Positions 1 to 7,471 of a DNA stretch of 40,314 nucleotides are shown here, piece after piece. Position numbers and translations under genes: made by a program. Location of the stretch: the IMG/VR virus record IMGVR_UViG_2541047163_000016; one strand, written 5' to 3'. The notes beneath the pieces were generated by a model. It ran no database searches and was not told the origin of the DNA. It was given only the letters and a program-made list of their open reading frames with translations. Within the stretch, counting starts at the first letter, position 1; every line of letters starts with the position of its first letter. The DNA is from a virus (lineage: Duplodnaviria > Heunggongvirae > Uroviricota > Caudoviricetes).

Positions 1-520
1 CCGATATCAGCGGTAACGTGAATGCGAACTCCGGGACGCTCAACAACGTCACGATTAACGAGAACTGTCGGGTTCTGGGAAAACTGTCCGCGAACCAGAT
101 TGAAGGCGATCTCGTTAAAACAGTGGGCAAAGCTTTCCCCCGGGACTCCCGTGCACCGGAGCGGTGGCCATCAGGGACCATTACCGTCAGGGTTTATGAC
201 GATCAGCCGTTTGACCGGCAGATTGTTATTCCGGCGGTGGCATTCAGCGGCGCTAAACATGAGAGAGAGAGCATACTGATATTTACTCCTCATGCCGTCT
301 GATAGTGCGGAAAAACGGTGCTGAAATTTATAACCGTACCGCGCTGGATAATACGCTGATTTACAGTGGCGTTATTGATATGCCTGCCGGTCACGGTCAC
401 ATGACGCTGGAGTTTTCGGTGTCAGCATGGCTGGTGAATAACTGGTATCCCACAGCAAGTATCAGCGATTTGCTGGTTGTGGTGATGAAGAAAGCCACCG
501 CAGGCATCAGTATCAGCTGA
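1..520 (+). pseudogene. 3' end of a lambdoid tail-tip/host-specificity (J-like) gene, split across two reading frames
   Basis: ORF 18-302 (frame 0) and ORF 305-520 (frame 2) read as one protein C-terminus; frame-2 translation upstream of 305 ([15 protein letters not shown]...) continues it. The frames meet at (GA)5 at 261-270; removing one GA unit gives one continuous frame. 5' end is outside the window. J-like identity is from recollection of the lambda J C-terminus plus the lom-like gene on the other flank. Confidence 0.5.
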
Positions 521-550
521 ATTTTATAACCCATATACGGGCGCCAGAAA

Positions 551-640
551 TGTATAGCGCGGCGATTTTTTTGATACCGATTTGCATTTCATTTGATACC
601 GCTGAAAAACGCCGATACGCAACTTATTTGATACTAAATC
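551..640. repeat. Right-end (mom-proximal) cluster of putative transposase-binding repeats
   Basis: TTTGATACC at 570-578 and 592-600, TTTGATACT at 627-635, within ~85 bp of the terminus, like clustered R1-R3 sites of Mu attR. Confidence 0.55.
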
Positions 641-680
641 GGCGCTTTTCTTTTGAGTTTTAGAATGAGTTTTTAAGCGC

Positions 681-1418
681 TCATTCACTCTCTTTCAAAC
701 CAGTTTTAACTGTTTGTGGTTTTGGGTAAGGCTGGACTTTGAATAGCTTTGTGTTGAGGCGTTTTCTGGCCCTCTTGTTCAGAAACCGGATGTAACGAAA
801 CTGTCGGAACTTATGAACACTGGCTCTGTCAATATTAGCCCTCAGATGTTCACCTCGTTGTCCGCCTCGTTTAATGGCATTCCTGCAAATCTCGTGATAC
901 CACTCGCCATCAAGTTCATAGAATATTGATTCATGGCTGCCTACATAATCAAAATTGCTTGCCTGATACACGACACCAAGACAGCCACAACGCTCATCTG
1001 CAAACGACTGAACCCACTGTACCTGCGGATAAAGCTGCCTGATTAGCTTGAGCGCGTAACTGATTGCCCTTGATTCGGAGTTTCTCGGCATACAGTCATG
1101 CAGCCATAGCCGGTTAAGCTCCATATATTCTCGGTTCTGCGTACCCGTTACGACGCGTGCACCACTGTTTGGGTTAAGGGCGTAACCCCATTGCATTACG
1201 CCAACAAGTTCCCGTTCTGAAAATATGCCCAGATGAAGGTAGGAGTTATTTACGAAACGGTGGCTGTAATGTTTATTGACGATGACCAGTCTGGCCAGCC
1301 AGCAACTTATTGTCTCAACCCGCAACTCACGGGAGCCATAACCAACGATATTGTCGTTATAGCGAATAAGTTCAGGCGTGCTGATGATTCGGGATGTGAC
1401 TTGCTTTCTGTTCCCCAC
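681..1418 (-). CDS. mom: Mom-like DNA modification protein (GTG start)
   Basis: 245-aa ORF just inside the right end, overlapping the 3' end of the com-like gene by ~47 nt as in Mu; start codon is GTG (plus-strand CAC at 1416-1418) with AAGGA upstream. Call rests on synteny, not recognised motifs. Confidence 0.55.
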   Translation of the reverse strand: MGNRKQVTSRIISTPELIRYNDNIVGYGSRELRVETISCWLARLVIVNKHYSHRFVNNSYLHLGIFSERELVGVMQWGYALNPNSGARVVTGTQNREYMELNRLWLHDCMPRNSESRAISYALKLIRQLYPQVQWVQSFADERCGCLGVVYQASNFDYVGSHESIFYELDGEWYHEICRNAIKRGGQRGEHLRANIDRASVHKFRQFRYIRFLNKRARKRLNTKLFKVQPYPKPQTVKTGLKESE

Positions 1419-1572
1419 GACAGGATTTCCTTGTGTATGTGGGGTGCTCTGTGGCGCTCGGAGATGTGATTTGATTGAGGGTTTTACAGCGCGGACATTT
1501 TACTTCCAGATAACTGAAACTGGCCCGTGCCAGTAGCTTATTGCAGTGTCGGCACCGTATGTTTCGATACAT
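1372..1572 (-). CDS. com: Com-like zinc-finger translational activator of mom
   Basis: ATG at 1572 preceded by AGGAGG; product [14 protein letters not shown]...VKCPRCK has the CxxC...CxxC pattern and spacing recalled for Mu Com (IRCKNCNKLL...IRCPRCK); overlaps the mom start. Confidence 0.75.
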   Translation of the reverse strand: MYRNIRCRHCNKLLARASFSYLEVKCPRCKTLNQITSPSATEHPTYTRKSCRGEQKASHIPNHQHA

Positions 1573-1615
1573 GACCGCATAACCTCCTGCTTTGTTGTTG
1601 ATGCCTTTCTCATGC

Positions 1616-1640
1616 AATCGATCGACAAAAACGATCGATT
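1616..1640. promoter_or_regulatory. Inverted repeat AATCGATCG-N7-CGATCGATT carrying two GATC (Dam) sites, upstream of com/mom
   Basis: GATC at 1620-1623 and 1633-1636 inside 9-bp inverted-repeat arms, 45-65 bp upstream of the com start; Mu mom promoter is known to be controlled through Dam sites. Confidence 0.5.
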
Positions 1641-1686
1641 CGATTTGTTTAATTGATACAACAAATAGATTGAAAAGTCATCAACA

Positions 1687-2151
1687 ATGATTCAGGGAGG
1701 TGATTATTTACTTAAAGAAAACGAAGAGTTAGGTGGTGAAAACGATCATAAAATGATCATTTTATTGACTTTTTATACAGTGAAGGTAGGATCACGCGTA
1801 TATGTAGTATGTTTCAAATCAACAGGATACTACATAAAAGTGAAACCCAGCATAGCTGGAACTATGCTGGGTCAATCTGTAAAAACTTGCATCAATGCTT
1901 TACTTCGAGCTCGTGGCGTATCCTATGATATTCCCCGGTCTCCTGTAAAGCAGAGATGCATAAAAAGGAGATCTTTATCATGGATGAAAGAGCCTGTTTG
2001 CCCTGCCTGTAAGACTCCCTTACAGCTCATCTATCGCCGTTCTCGATCTCAAAATGGCAAGACATACAAACCCAAAAATGCTTCCTGTTTCAGGATGCTG
2101 ATATGTCCTGCCTGTTCTCCCAGGAGGGAAAATACACAAAACGTGCATTAA
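1687..2151 (+). CDS. Hypothetical protein with C-terminal C4 zinc ribbon; start uncertain (1687, 1753 or 1984)
   Basis: Only sizeable plus-strand ORF in the cargo region; C-terminus CPACKTPL...(29 aa)...CPAC; AAGGAG at 1965-1970 precedes the in-frame ATG at 1984 (55-aa product); converges on the hairpin at 2161-2180. AT-richer than surrounding phage DNA. Confidence 0.35.
   Translation: MIQGGDYLLKENEELGGENDHKMIILLTFYTVKVGSRVYVVCFKSTGYYIKVKPSIAGTMLGQSVKTCINALLRARGVSYDIPRSPVKQRCIKRRSLSWMKEPVCPACKTPLQLIYRRSRSQNGKTYKPKNASCFRMLICPACSPRRENTQNVH
1846..1871 (-). terminator. Perfect 10-bp stem hairpin followed on the minus strand by a U-rich tract
   Basis: CCCAGCATAG-ctggaa-CTATGCTGGG; minus-strand downstream sequence is TTTCACTTTTAT. 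Lies inside the long version of ORF 1687-2151, which argues for the shorter 1984 start. Confidence 0.35.
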
Positions 2152-2160
2152 CAAACTCAC

Positions 2161-2180
2161 CCGGCAGGGAAACCTGCCGG
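2161..2180. terminator. Hairpin between convergent genes
   Basis: CCGGCAGG-gaaa-CCTGCCGG (8-bp stem, GAAA loop) between the stop of 1687-2151 (+) and the stop of 2190-2435 (-), with moderately U-rich flanks on both strands. Confidence 0.5.
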
Positions 2181-2189
2181 TCGGTATTG

Positions 2190-2435
2190 TTACATCATAG
2201 TACCGTCAGTTCCGGGCTGAACCGGCTCTGGTTGCTCTACGGGTTGAGGATCATTTTCCGTGCTGTTTTCAGCCGGAGAACGGCCAACCATTCGGGCCAG
2301 CACTTCATCAACATATGCGTCGATTTGTGCCTCAAAATCCTTGCGAACCTGCGCCTTCAGCACGCGGTTCACTTCTTCAGAATAAAGTGCCTGTTTGACA
2401 AGCTCTTCAGTAACCGTGCCTTTAATCTCTGGCAT
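2190..2435 (-). CDS. Hypothetical small acidic protein (cargo region)
   Basis: 81-aa ORF with AAAGGAGA ribosome-binding site 6 nt upstream of the ATG; no recognisable domain. Confidence 0.6.
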   Translation of the reverse strand: MPEIKGTVTEELVKQALYSEEVNRVLKAQVRKDFEAQIDAYVDEVLARMVGRSPAENSTENDPQPVEQPEPVQPGTDGTMM

Positions 2436-2470
2436 GAATATTCTCCTTTTGCAGGTATATTGCCCCGTTA

Positions 2471-2653
2471 TCAGAGCGGGGTCGGGTCGTTTGGGGATGA
2501 CGGTGCCTGTGCTGTTTTACTGAGTTTTTCAGCTGCCGCATCATCAATTTTACGGCGAATATAATTTCTGATGACCTTATAACCACCGCTCACCAGATAT
2601 AACGCACTGACCACAGCGCAGAAATAAAGCAGCATTGTATGAACGAATGTCAT
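2471..2653 (-). CDS. Hypothetical small membrane protein (cargo region)
   Basis: 60-aa ORF, AAGGTAAGG upstream of ATG; one hydrophobic N-terminal segment (MLLYFCAVVSALYLVSGG) then a charged tail. Confidence 0.55.
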   Translation of the reverse strand: MTFVHTMLLYFCAVVSALYLVSGGYKVIRNYIRRKIDDAAAEKLSKTAQAPSSPNDPTPL

Positions 2654-2766
2654 ATAACCTTACCTTTGATATTGACTACATAATTCGTTATCGGGTAAAA
2701 ACATCGAAGCGACTGATAACCACTCCTTCGGGAGTATTTTTATTTTCCTTTATGGGTTAGGTAGCT

Positions 2767-2801
2767 CCCGCCAGCCATATCATGACCGGCGGGATTTTTT
2801 T
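2767..2801 (+). terminator. Hairpin plus T7 run, plus-strand orientation, abutting the 3' end of the esterase-like gene
   Basis: CCCGCC...GGCGGG stem followed by TTTTTTT on the plus strand; the T-run overlaps the TAA of the minus-strand gene 2800-4839. Would block antisense transcription entering that gene. Confidence 0.4.
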
Positions 2802-4839
2802 ATTCTGTTACCGCTTTTTTCACTTCCACCACAATGCTGTCAATCAGCACCGGGTAAGTTGCATTTTTTGTGATATCCGTTACGCGGAGTTTGTCCACCG
2901 GGAAAGTTCCTACTGGTGACTGCGTCAGGGTAAACGCGGCACCATCCTGACCATCAATAACCGGAATAACCTGAAGGCTGTTATTTCCTGCAAAACGGAA
3001 GGCCAGCGTATGCCATTCATTATCAAATGCACCAAAGGTTCCCAGTTTCTGGTTATTTGTTGCCACTTTTGCATTGTGGTACATCACATTCAGGTCTTTT
3101 GCGTCTGTCTGGATGTAGAACGATGCCAGCAGATTATTCCCTGCATCCCCTGTCAGGGTGACACCCTGCGGCAGAGAGGAAACCGGCCAGTAAAGCCCCA
3201 TGACATACTGGTTTGCCACCAGGTCGCCAGGTACTTTAAAACGACAACTGATTAAACCACCATTTTTCAGCAGTTCAGCACCAGTACCGGCATCATGATC
3301 CAGATACCAAGATGATTTACCTGTTTCCTTGGTCAGTTTCATTGCCTTACCACCTGTGCCTCCTGCATCACTGATAATTTCAGCTTTACCGCCAGCCGGC
3401 TCCCAGCCCTGGGCTTTCAGATTTCCTTCTGACTCACTGACACGATAAGACAGCAGTGTTGTGGTTACTGCTTCAGTTTCTGAAGGTGACGGCACTGGTG
3501 CTTCAGTTTCAGAAGATGGAACATCGGCTTTTACTGTGGTTCGCCCCGCATGAGTCAGAACTGCCGTGGCCAGACGGTCGGAAATAATCCCACGACGTGC
3601 CCATGAACTGAAATGGCTGGCCCGGTCCGCAGATGTCCAGGTGGCGGCACTGTTACGCCACGTTGAGCCGTAATAACCAATGGATTCAATATCCGGGTCT
3701 TCTGCCGGATTGTTGGTGGGTACATTCGCGTCATTTTCATCTGTCATTAATGGAACGAAATGAATGTTTTTATCTGTTTTGTTTTTGTAGCCGCCATAGA
3801 TTGCCTGGTATGCCGGTTCATTTTTCTGTTTCCAGAAATACGTGGTATCGCCACAAATCCACGGAACGCCAGCAGCACTGCCACCGGTACACTGTTCCGC
3901 CTGTTCAGCCAGGTCTGCGCGGAATTTTTCCACCATCGCCAGAAACAGCGCGGAATGCTCCGTCGGCTTCGCATCAATATCAAACTCGCCCTGCATCCAC
4001 ACCACAGCAAGCAGGCGGTTTTTCGGGTTCTTCGCCAGTGCCGCTTTTGTCCGGCTGATTAAGTCCTTATACAGCGGCTTATCCACACCCCAGCGGGCTG
4101 AGTCCTCTGAAGCACCCGTGCTGTCACTGTACGTGCCGTCAGCACCCGCCGTGAATGCAGAACCACCACGGCAGCAGGGAACCAGCAGAATCCCCGCATC
4201 TGCCGGAATAAACGGCAGCAGTTTTTTGGCAATGTGAAGCCCCTGACCCACGGTGCCATATTGCCCTTTAGCCACATCCGCTTTCGGGTGATTTTTTCCA
4301 CTCATATCCTGCACATCATGCAGACAGTGGTCGGCCAGAATGATGTCGTTATACTGACAGGCTTTACCTCCCGGCGTGACTGTACTGCGACGGGCTAACT
4401 GCATAATACGCGGTTCGGGGCGGTCATATGTCTCCGGCAGTGGCAGACCTTCACCGTAAGCCATACCGTTTGACTGACCAGCAAGAACCACCACGTAATA
4501 CCAGGAAGGGGAGCTGGAAGCAGTTTCATTTCCTGACGGACGGGTATGTGTTTCAGCATTATCCCAGTCTGACGGTTCAGCAGTACCGGCAACATCAGCA
4601 CTTAACGGAATGACCGCACCAATACCCGCTCCGGTAATTTCCACACTCGGATCACCGGATACTGGCCTTACCCACAGGCAATCCCGTGTATTAAAACTGA
4701 TGAGACAGTCAGCAAATGTCATTCCTCCTTTTGTTTCGGCCGGAGGAAAGGGAGCCTCAAGAAATGCCGCTGTACCACCGGAAACTTTAACAGTAAAGTT
4801 TCCGGGCATTGATGATAGTTGAACCCATTTGGACGTCAT
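2800..4839 (-). CDS. Large cargo protein: SASA/SGNH-type carbohydrate O-acetylesterase-like domain with C-terminal beta-sandwich/lectin-like region
   Basis: 679-aa ORF with verified ATG; motif VVLAGQSNGMAYG resembles the GQSN(M) nucleophile motif of sialate O-acetylesterase (SASA) family enzymes; serine/threonine/proline-rich linker (...SETEAPVPSPSETEA...) before a C-terminal ~250-aa domain. Not part of the canonical Mu gene set. Confidence 0.55.
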   Translation of the reverse strand: MTSKWVQLSSMPGNFTVKVSGGTAAFLEAPFPPAETKGGMTFADCLISFNTRDCLWVRPVSGDPSVEITGAGIGAVIPLSADVAGTAEPSDWDNAETHTRPSGNETASSSPSWYYVVVLAGQSNGMAYGEGLPLPETYDRPEPRIMQLARRSTVTPGGKACQYNDIILADHCLHDVQDMSGKNHPKADVAKGQYGTVGQGLHIAKKLLPFIPADAGILLVPCCRGGSAFTAGADGTYSDSTGASEDSARWGVDKPLYKDLISRTKAALAKNPKNRLLAVVWMQGEFDIDAKPTEHSALFLAMVEKFRADLAEQAEQCTGGSAAGVPWICGDTTYFWKQKNEPAYQAIYGGYKNKTDKNIHFVPLMTDENDANVPTNNPAEDPDIESIGYYGSTWRNSAATWTSADRASHFSSWARRGIISDRLATAVLTHAGRTTVKADVPSSETEAPVPSPSETEAVTTTLLSYRVSESEGNLKAQGWEPAGGKAEIISDAGGTGGKAMKLTKETGKSSWYLDHDAGTGAELLKNGGLISCRFKVPGDLVANQYVMGLYWPVSSLPQGVTLTGDAGNNLLASFYIQTDAKDLNVMYHNAKVATNNQKLGTFGAFDNEWHTLAFRFAGNNSLQVIPVIDGQDGAAFTLTQSPVGTFPVDKLRVTDITKNATYPVLIDSIVVEVKKAVTE

Positions 4840-4938
4840 AATAATCAGCCTGTTCCTGAATAAACTGAATTATCATATCCACAGACCGATAAACGCCATT
4901 TTGCGTTAATTCAGTAAAGGCCCAACAAAGGGAGCGTC

Positions 4939-5499
4939 TTATTTTTCCGAAACGCTCGCAGGATAATAACGATAAAGGGTTGAAAGGCCGATATCAAAAA
5001 TAAGTGCCACCTGTCTTCGACTGACACCCCCGGCCAGTAAACGCCCGACCTGCTCGTATTGTTCCTGCGTGAGACGACGGGGTCTGCCGCCGGTTCGTCC
5101 CCTTTCACGGGCAGCTGCAAGACCAGCCCGTGTCCGTTCGACAATTAATTCACGCTCCATTTCTGCCAGCGCACCCATTATGTGAAAAAAGAAGCGCCCC
5201 ATGGGGGTTGACGTATCAATGTTGTCAGTAAGACTACGAAAATTTATCCCCTGTTGCTGTAATTCATCTGTCAGCGCAACAAGGTGGCGCATACTGCGCC
5301 CCAGCCTGTCCAGTTTCCAGACCATCAGTGTGTCACCGGGTTTTAGTTTCTTCAGTGCCCGCTTCAGTCCCGGCCGCTGTGTCGTTTTACCACTCATTTT
5401 ATCTTCAAAAATCTGCTCACATCCTGCACATTCCAGCGCATTTCTTTGTAAACCTGTGTTCTGGTCATTTGTTGATACGCGTATATAGCCAATCAGCAT
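4939..5499 (-). CDS. gin: Gin/Hin/Pin/Cin-family serine DNA invertase
   Basis: MLIGYIRVSTNDQNT...VWKLDRLGRS...FFHIMGALAEMERELI... closely matches the recalled Mu Gin sequence; lies next to a gix-like site and the tail-fibre module. Confidence 0.92.
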   Translation of the reverse strand: MLIGYIRVSTNDQNTGLQRNALECAGCEQIFEDKMSGKTTQRPGLKRALKKLKPGDTLMVWKLDRLGRSMRHLVALTDELQQQGINFRSLTDNIDTSTPMGRFFFHIMGALAEMERELIVERTRAGLAAARERGRTGGRPRRLTQEQYEQVGRLLAGGVSRRQVALIFDIGLSTLYRYYPASVSEK

Positions 5500-5553
5500 G
5501 TATTTACCTTCCTTAAAAAGAGGTGGAAAGGCCTTTTAAAGCAGATATACGGC

Positions 5554-5579
5554 ATCCCTGAAACCTCGGTTTACGGGAT
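5554..5579. other. gix-like recombination site (gin-proximal)
   Basis: ATCCCTGAAACC-TC-GGTTTACGGGAT: 12+2+12 bp pseudo-palindrome resembling the Mu gix site TTATCCAAAACC-TC-GGTTTACAGGAA; lies in frame at the 5' edge of the silent tail-fibre cassette. Confidence 0.6.
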
Positions 5580-5924
5580 ACTGTAAACAGGGCCGCGAAT
5601 GCCCTGCCATCGAACGGAGCGGCTGTTGCAGCGAATAAACTCGCCACTCCAAGAAATATTAATGGTGTCCCATTTGACGGAACGCAGGATATAAATATTA
5701 CATCGGGGATGACGCAGTCTGTGGCTGACTCACGTTATGTTCAAAGCATTCGAAGAGGTTCAAGGTCAACGATTGGAATGCAATATAATATTTTTGAGGT
5801 TCCTGACGGATGCGTACTTACAGGGCTTGATGTCGCTGGTGATGGTAATGCAACGGTAACCGCATATTATCGACCTGTTCAGTTTCTGATAGATGGTTCG
5901 TGGAAAACAGCTTCCAGCGCATAA
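5562..5924 (+). other. Promoterless alternative tail-fibre C-terminal cassette (S'v-like)
   Basis: In-frame from the stop at 5559-5561: GLRDTVNRAANALPS...ATPRNINGVPFDGTQDINITSGMTQSVADSRYVQ... parallels residues 178-240 of the expressed tail fibre and then diverges; ends ...YYRPVQFLIDGSWKTASSA. Confidence 0.6.
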
Positions 5925-6003
5925 AAGTGCAGTAGTTCAAAAAACAGATTATCTGAATAAATATATGATGATTTTGTCTTTTCAACAAAAACAAGGTGAA
6001 ATA

Positions 6004-6525
6004 ATGGAGCTTATTAACGTAAAACGATATTACCCGGAACACAAACCCTATGGTGAGGATGTTCAGTATTTCCAGAGTGAGGACGGAAGGGATTTTTATG
6101 AATCTATCCCGCTTTTCACAAAGAAATACAAACTCTGTATTTCGCCTGTAACGGGTATTATCTGCTCTGTTGCTGAAGATGTCTCTGCTTTATATCCGGC
6201 AGGTTTTACTGTTGTTGAAGTGGACGAACTGCCGGAAGGTGTGAATATTGACGGTAACTGGCAGTTTTCTGATGGCCTGATATCAAAGGTGCCGGTAAAC
6301 TGGAAGACGGTTGCTGAAAAGCGCCGCTCATCGCTGCTCCAGGAAGCCAACGAAACTGTGGATGACTGGAAAACGGAATTAAAACTGGACATGATTAGCG
6401 ATGAAAATAAATTACAGCTGACGCGCTGGATGGCGTATATCCGACAGCTTAAAGAAATGCACTTTAATGATATTGCCAGTGAGGGGCATTACCAGGCGAT
6501 TCCCTGGCCGGAAAAACCGGAATAA
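6004..6525 (+). CDS. Tail fibre assembly protein (U'-like), belonging to the silent cassette
   Basis: 173-aa product from the ATG at 6004 (AAGGTGA upstream); size, position after a fibre C-terminus and ...HYQAIPWPEKPE ending fit tail-fibre assembly (Tfa/U) proteins. Alternative start at 5965. Confidence 0.65.
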   Translation: MELINVKRYYPEHKPYGEDVQYFQSEDGRDFYESIPLFTKKYKLCISPVTGIICSVAEDVSALYPAGFTVVEVDELPEGVNIDGNWQFSDGLISKVPVNWKTVAEKRRSSLLQEANETVDDWKTELKLDMISDENKLQLTRWMAYIRQLKEMHFNDIASEGHYQAIPWPEKPE

Positions 6526-6530
6526 TTCAG

Positions 6531-6555
6531 AGGGTGCATTCAGCACCCTTTTCTG
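6531..6555. terminator. Bidirectional hairpin terminator between convergent tail fibre and U' genes
   Basis: AGGGTGC-attca-GCACCCT followed by TTTCTG on plus and preceded by an A-rich tract; sits between stop 6523-6525 (+) and stop 6560-6562 (-). Confidence 0.6.
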
Positions 6556-6559
6556 TGGT

Positions 6560-7471
6560 TTACACTGAACTTACCGTTCTCCAGGCATTATTAATATAAA
6601 TCTGAACCGGGCGATAATAGACCCCACCGATATTGTCCGCAGACCGGGAGCCGGTTTCCTGCACGTTAATTCCGGAAAGCATACAACCGGAAGGTGCGCT
6701 GTAATTCCATGACATTTCATTGCCTCCGGGTGAATGATAGCTCTGTGCTCCAAGCTGAACATTCTGTACATACCGGCCATCTGCGGTTGACTGCGTCATT
6801 CCTGACGTGATGTTGATATCCAGCGTTCCGTCAAAAGGAACACCATTAATATTTCTTGGGGTGGCGAGTCTGTTTGCTGCCACGGCGGTTCCACCCGATG
6901 GCAGGGCATCAGCAGCCTTATTTACCGTTTCCCGTAAACCAACGTTATCGATAAAAGCGCCTTTATCCGGAATGTCTGCGCCGTTCTGCTCCCTGCGCAG
7001 GTAACGGTTATCACCTTCGCTTTTGCTGTAAACATCCAGATTATTACGGGCGGTTCCCGCATTCTCCAGGTCGGCAAGGTTCTGATCCTTCGCCAGAGCA
7101 TTAACGTCACCGGGACCAAGACTGTTTTTTGTGGCAAGCGCCCCAAGACCAAGATAACCACGGGCAAGACGCTGGGCTTCCGCACCGGCATCAGCAATTT
7201 CTTTCAGGTTGTTTTTCCGGGAAAAGGCATTCGCAGCGATAATGGCTTTAATGGACAGCGTAAGCTGGTTTAACTGCGCCTTATCCGGCTGAATACTGGC
7301 TTCAGCCAGAATATTCAGCAGTTCGGCCTGGAGAATATTCAGCCAGTCCTGACCAATCCAGCTGATACCTTTTTGTCCGTCACCTTCGGTAAACCAGGTG
7401 GTGGTATTACTCTGCGCCGGTGCCAGCGCAGGCATATTCGCCACGCCGGAATTATTATCAACATGAAACAT
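6560..7471 (-). CDS. Tail fibre protein (S-like), currently expressed variant
   Basis: ATG at 7471 overlaps the upstream stop (TAATG) and is preceded by GAGGAG; C-terminal ~127 aa parallels the silent cassette; ends ...GGVYYRPVQIYINNAWRTVSSV. The ORF-track start at 7525 lies inside the upstream gene. Confidence 0.75.
   Translation of the reverse strand: MFHVDNNSGVANMPALAPAQSNTTTWFTEGDGQKGISWIGQDWLNILQAELLNILAEASIQPDKAQLNQLTLSIKAIIAANAFSRKNNLKEIADAGAEAQRLARGYLGLGALATKNSLGPGDVNALAKDQNLADLENAGTARNNLDVYSKSEGDNRYLRREQNGADIPDKGAFIDNVGLRETVNKAADALPSGGTAVAANRLATPRNINGVPFDGTLDINITSGMTQSTADGRYVQNVQLGAQSYHSPGGNEMSWNYSAPSGCMLSGINVQETGSRSADNIGGVYYRPVQIYINNAWRTVSSV
6929..6954. other. gix-like recombination site inside the tail fibre gene
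   Basis: Read on the minus strand: TTATCGATAACG-TT-GGTTTACGGGAA (10/12 and 11/12 matches to the Mu gix half-sites); encodes FIDNVGLRE at tail-fibre residues 173-181, exactly where homology with the silent cassette begins. Confidence 0.5.

Noticed and set aside
672-684. 13-bp direct repeat TTTAAGCGCTCAT near both ends (672-684 and 39763-39775)
   Set aside because: About a dozen identical 13-mer pairs are expected by chance in a 40-kb window, and the copies are in direct rather than inverted orientation, so it is not treated as part of the terminal repeats.
2103-2564. 153-aa plus-strand ORF spanning the two small minus-strand cargo genes
   Set aside because: It runs through the hairpin at 2161-2180 and is antisense to two genes with strong ribosome-binding sites.
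7381-7406. Partial gix-like half-site (CGGTAAACC) upstream in the tail fibre gene
   Set aside because: Only one half-site matches and the partner half is poor; the 6929-6954 site coincides with the homology boundary and is the better candidate.
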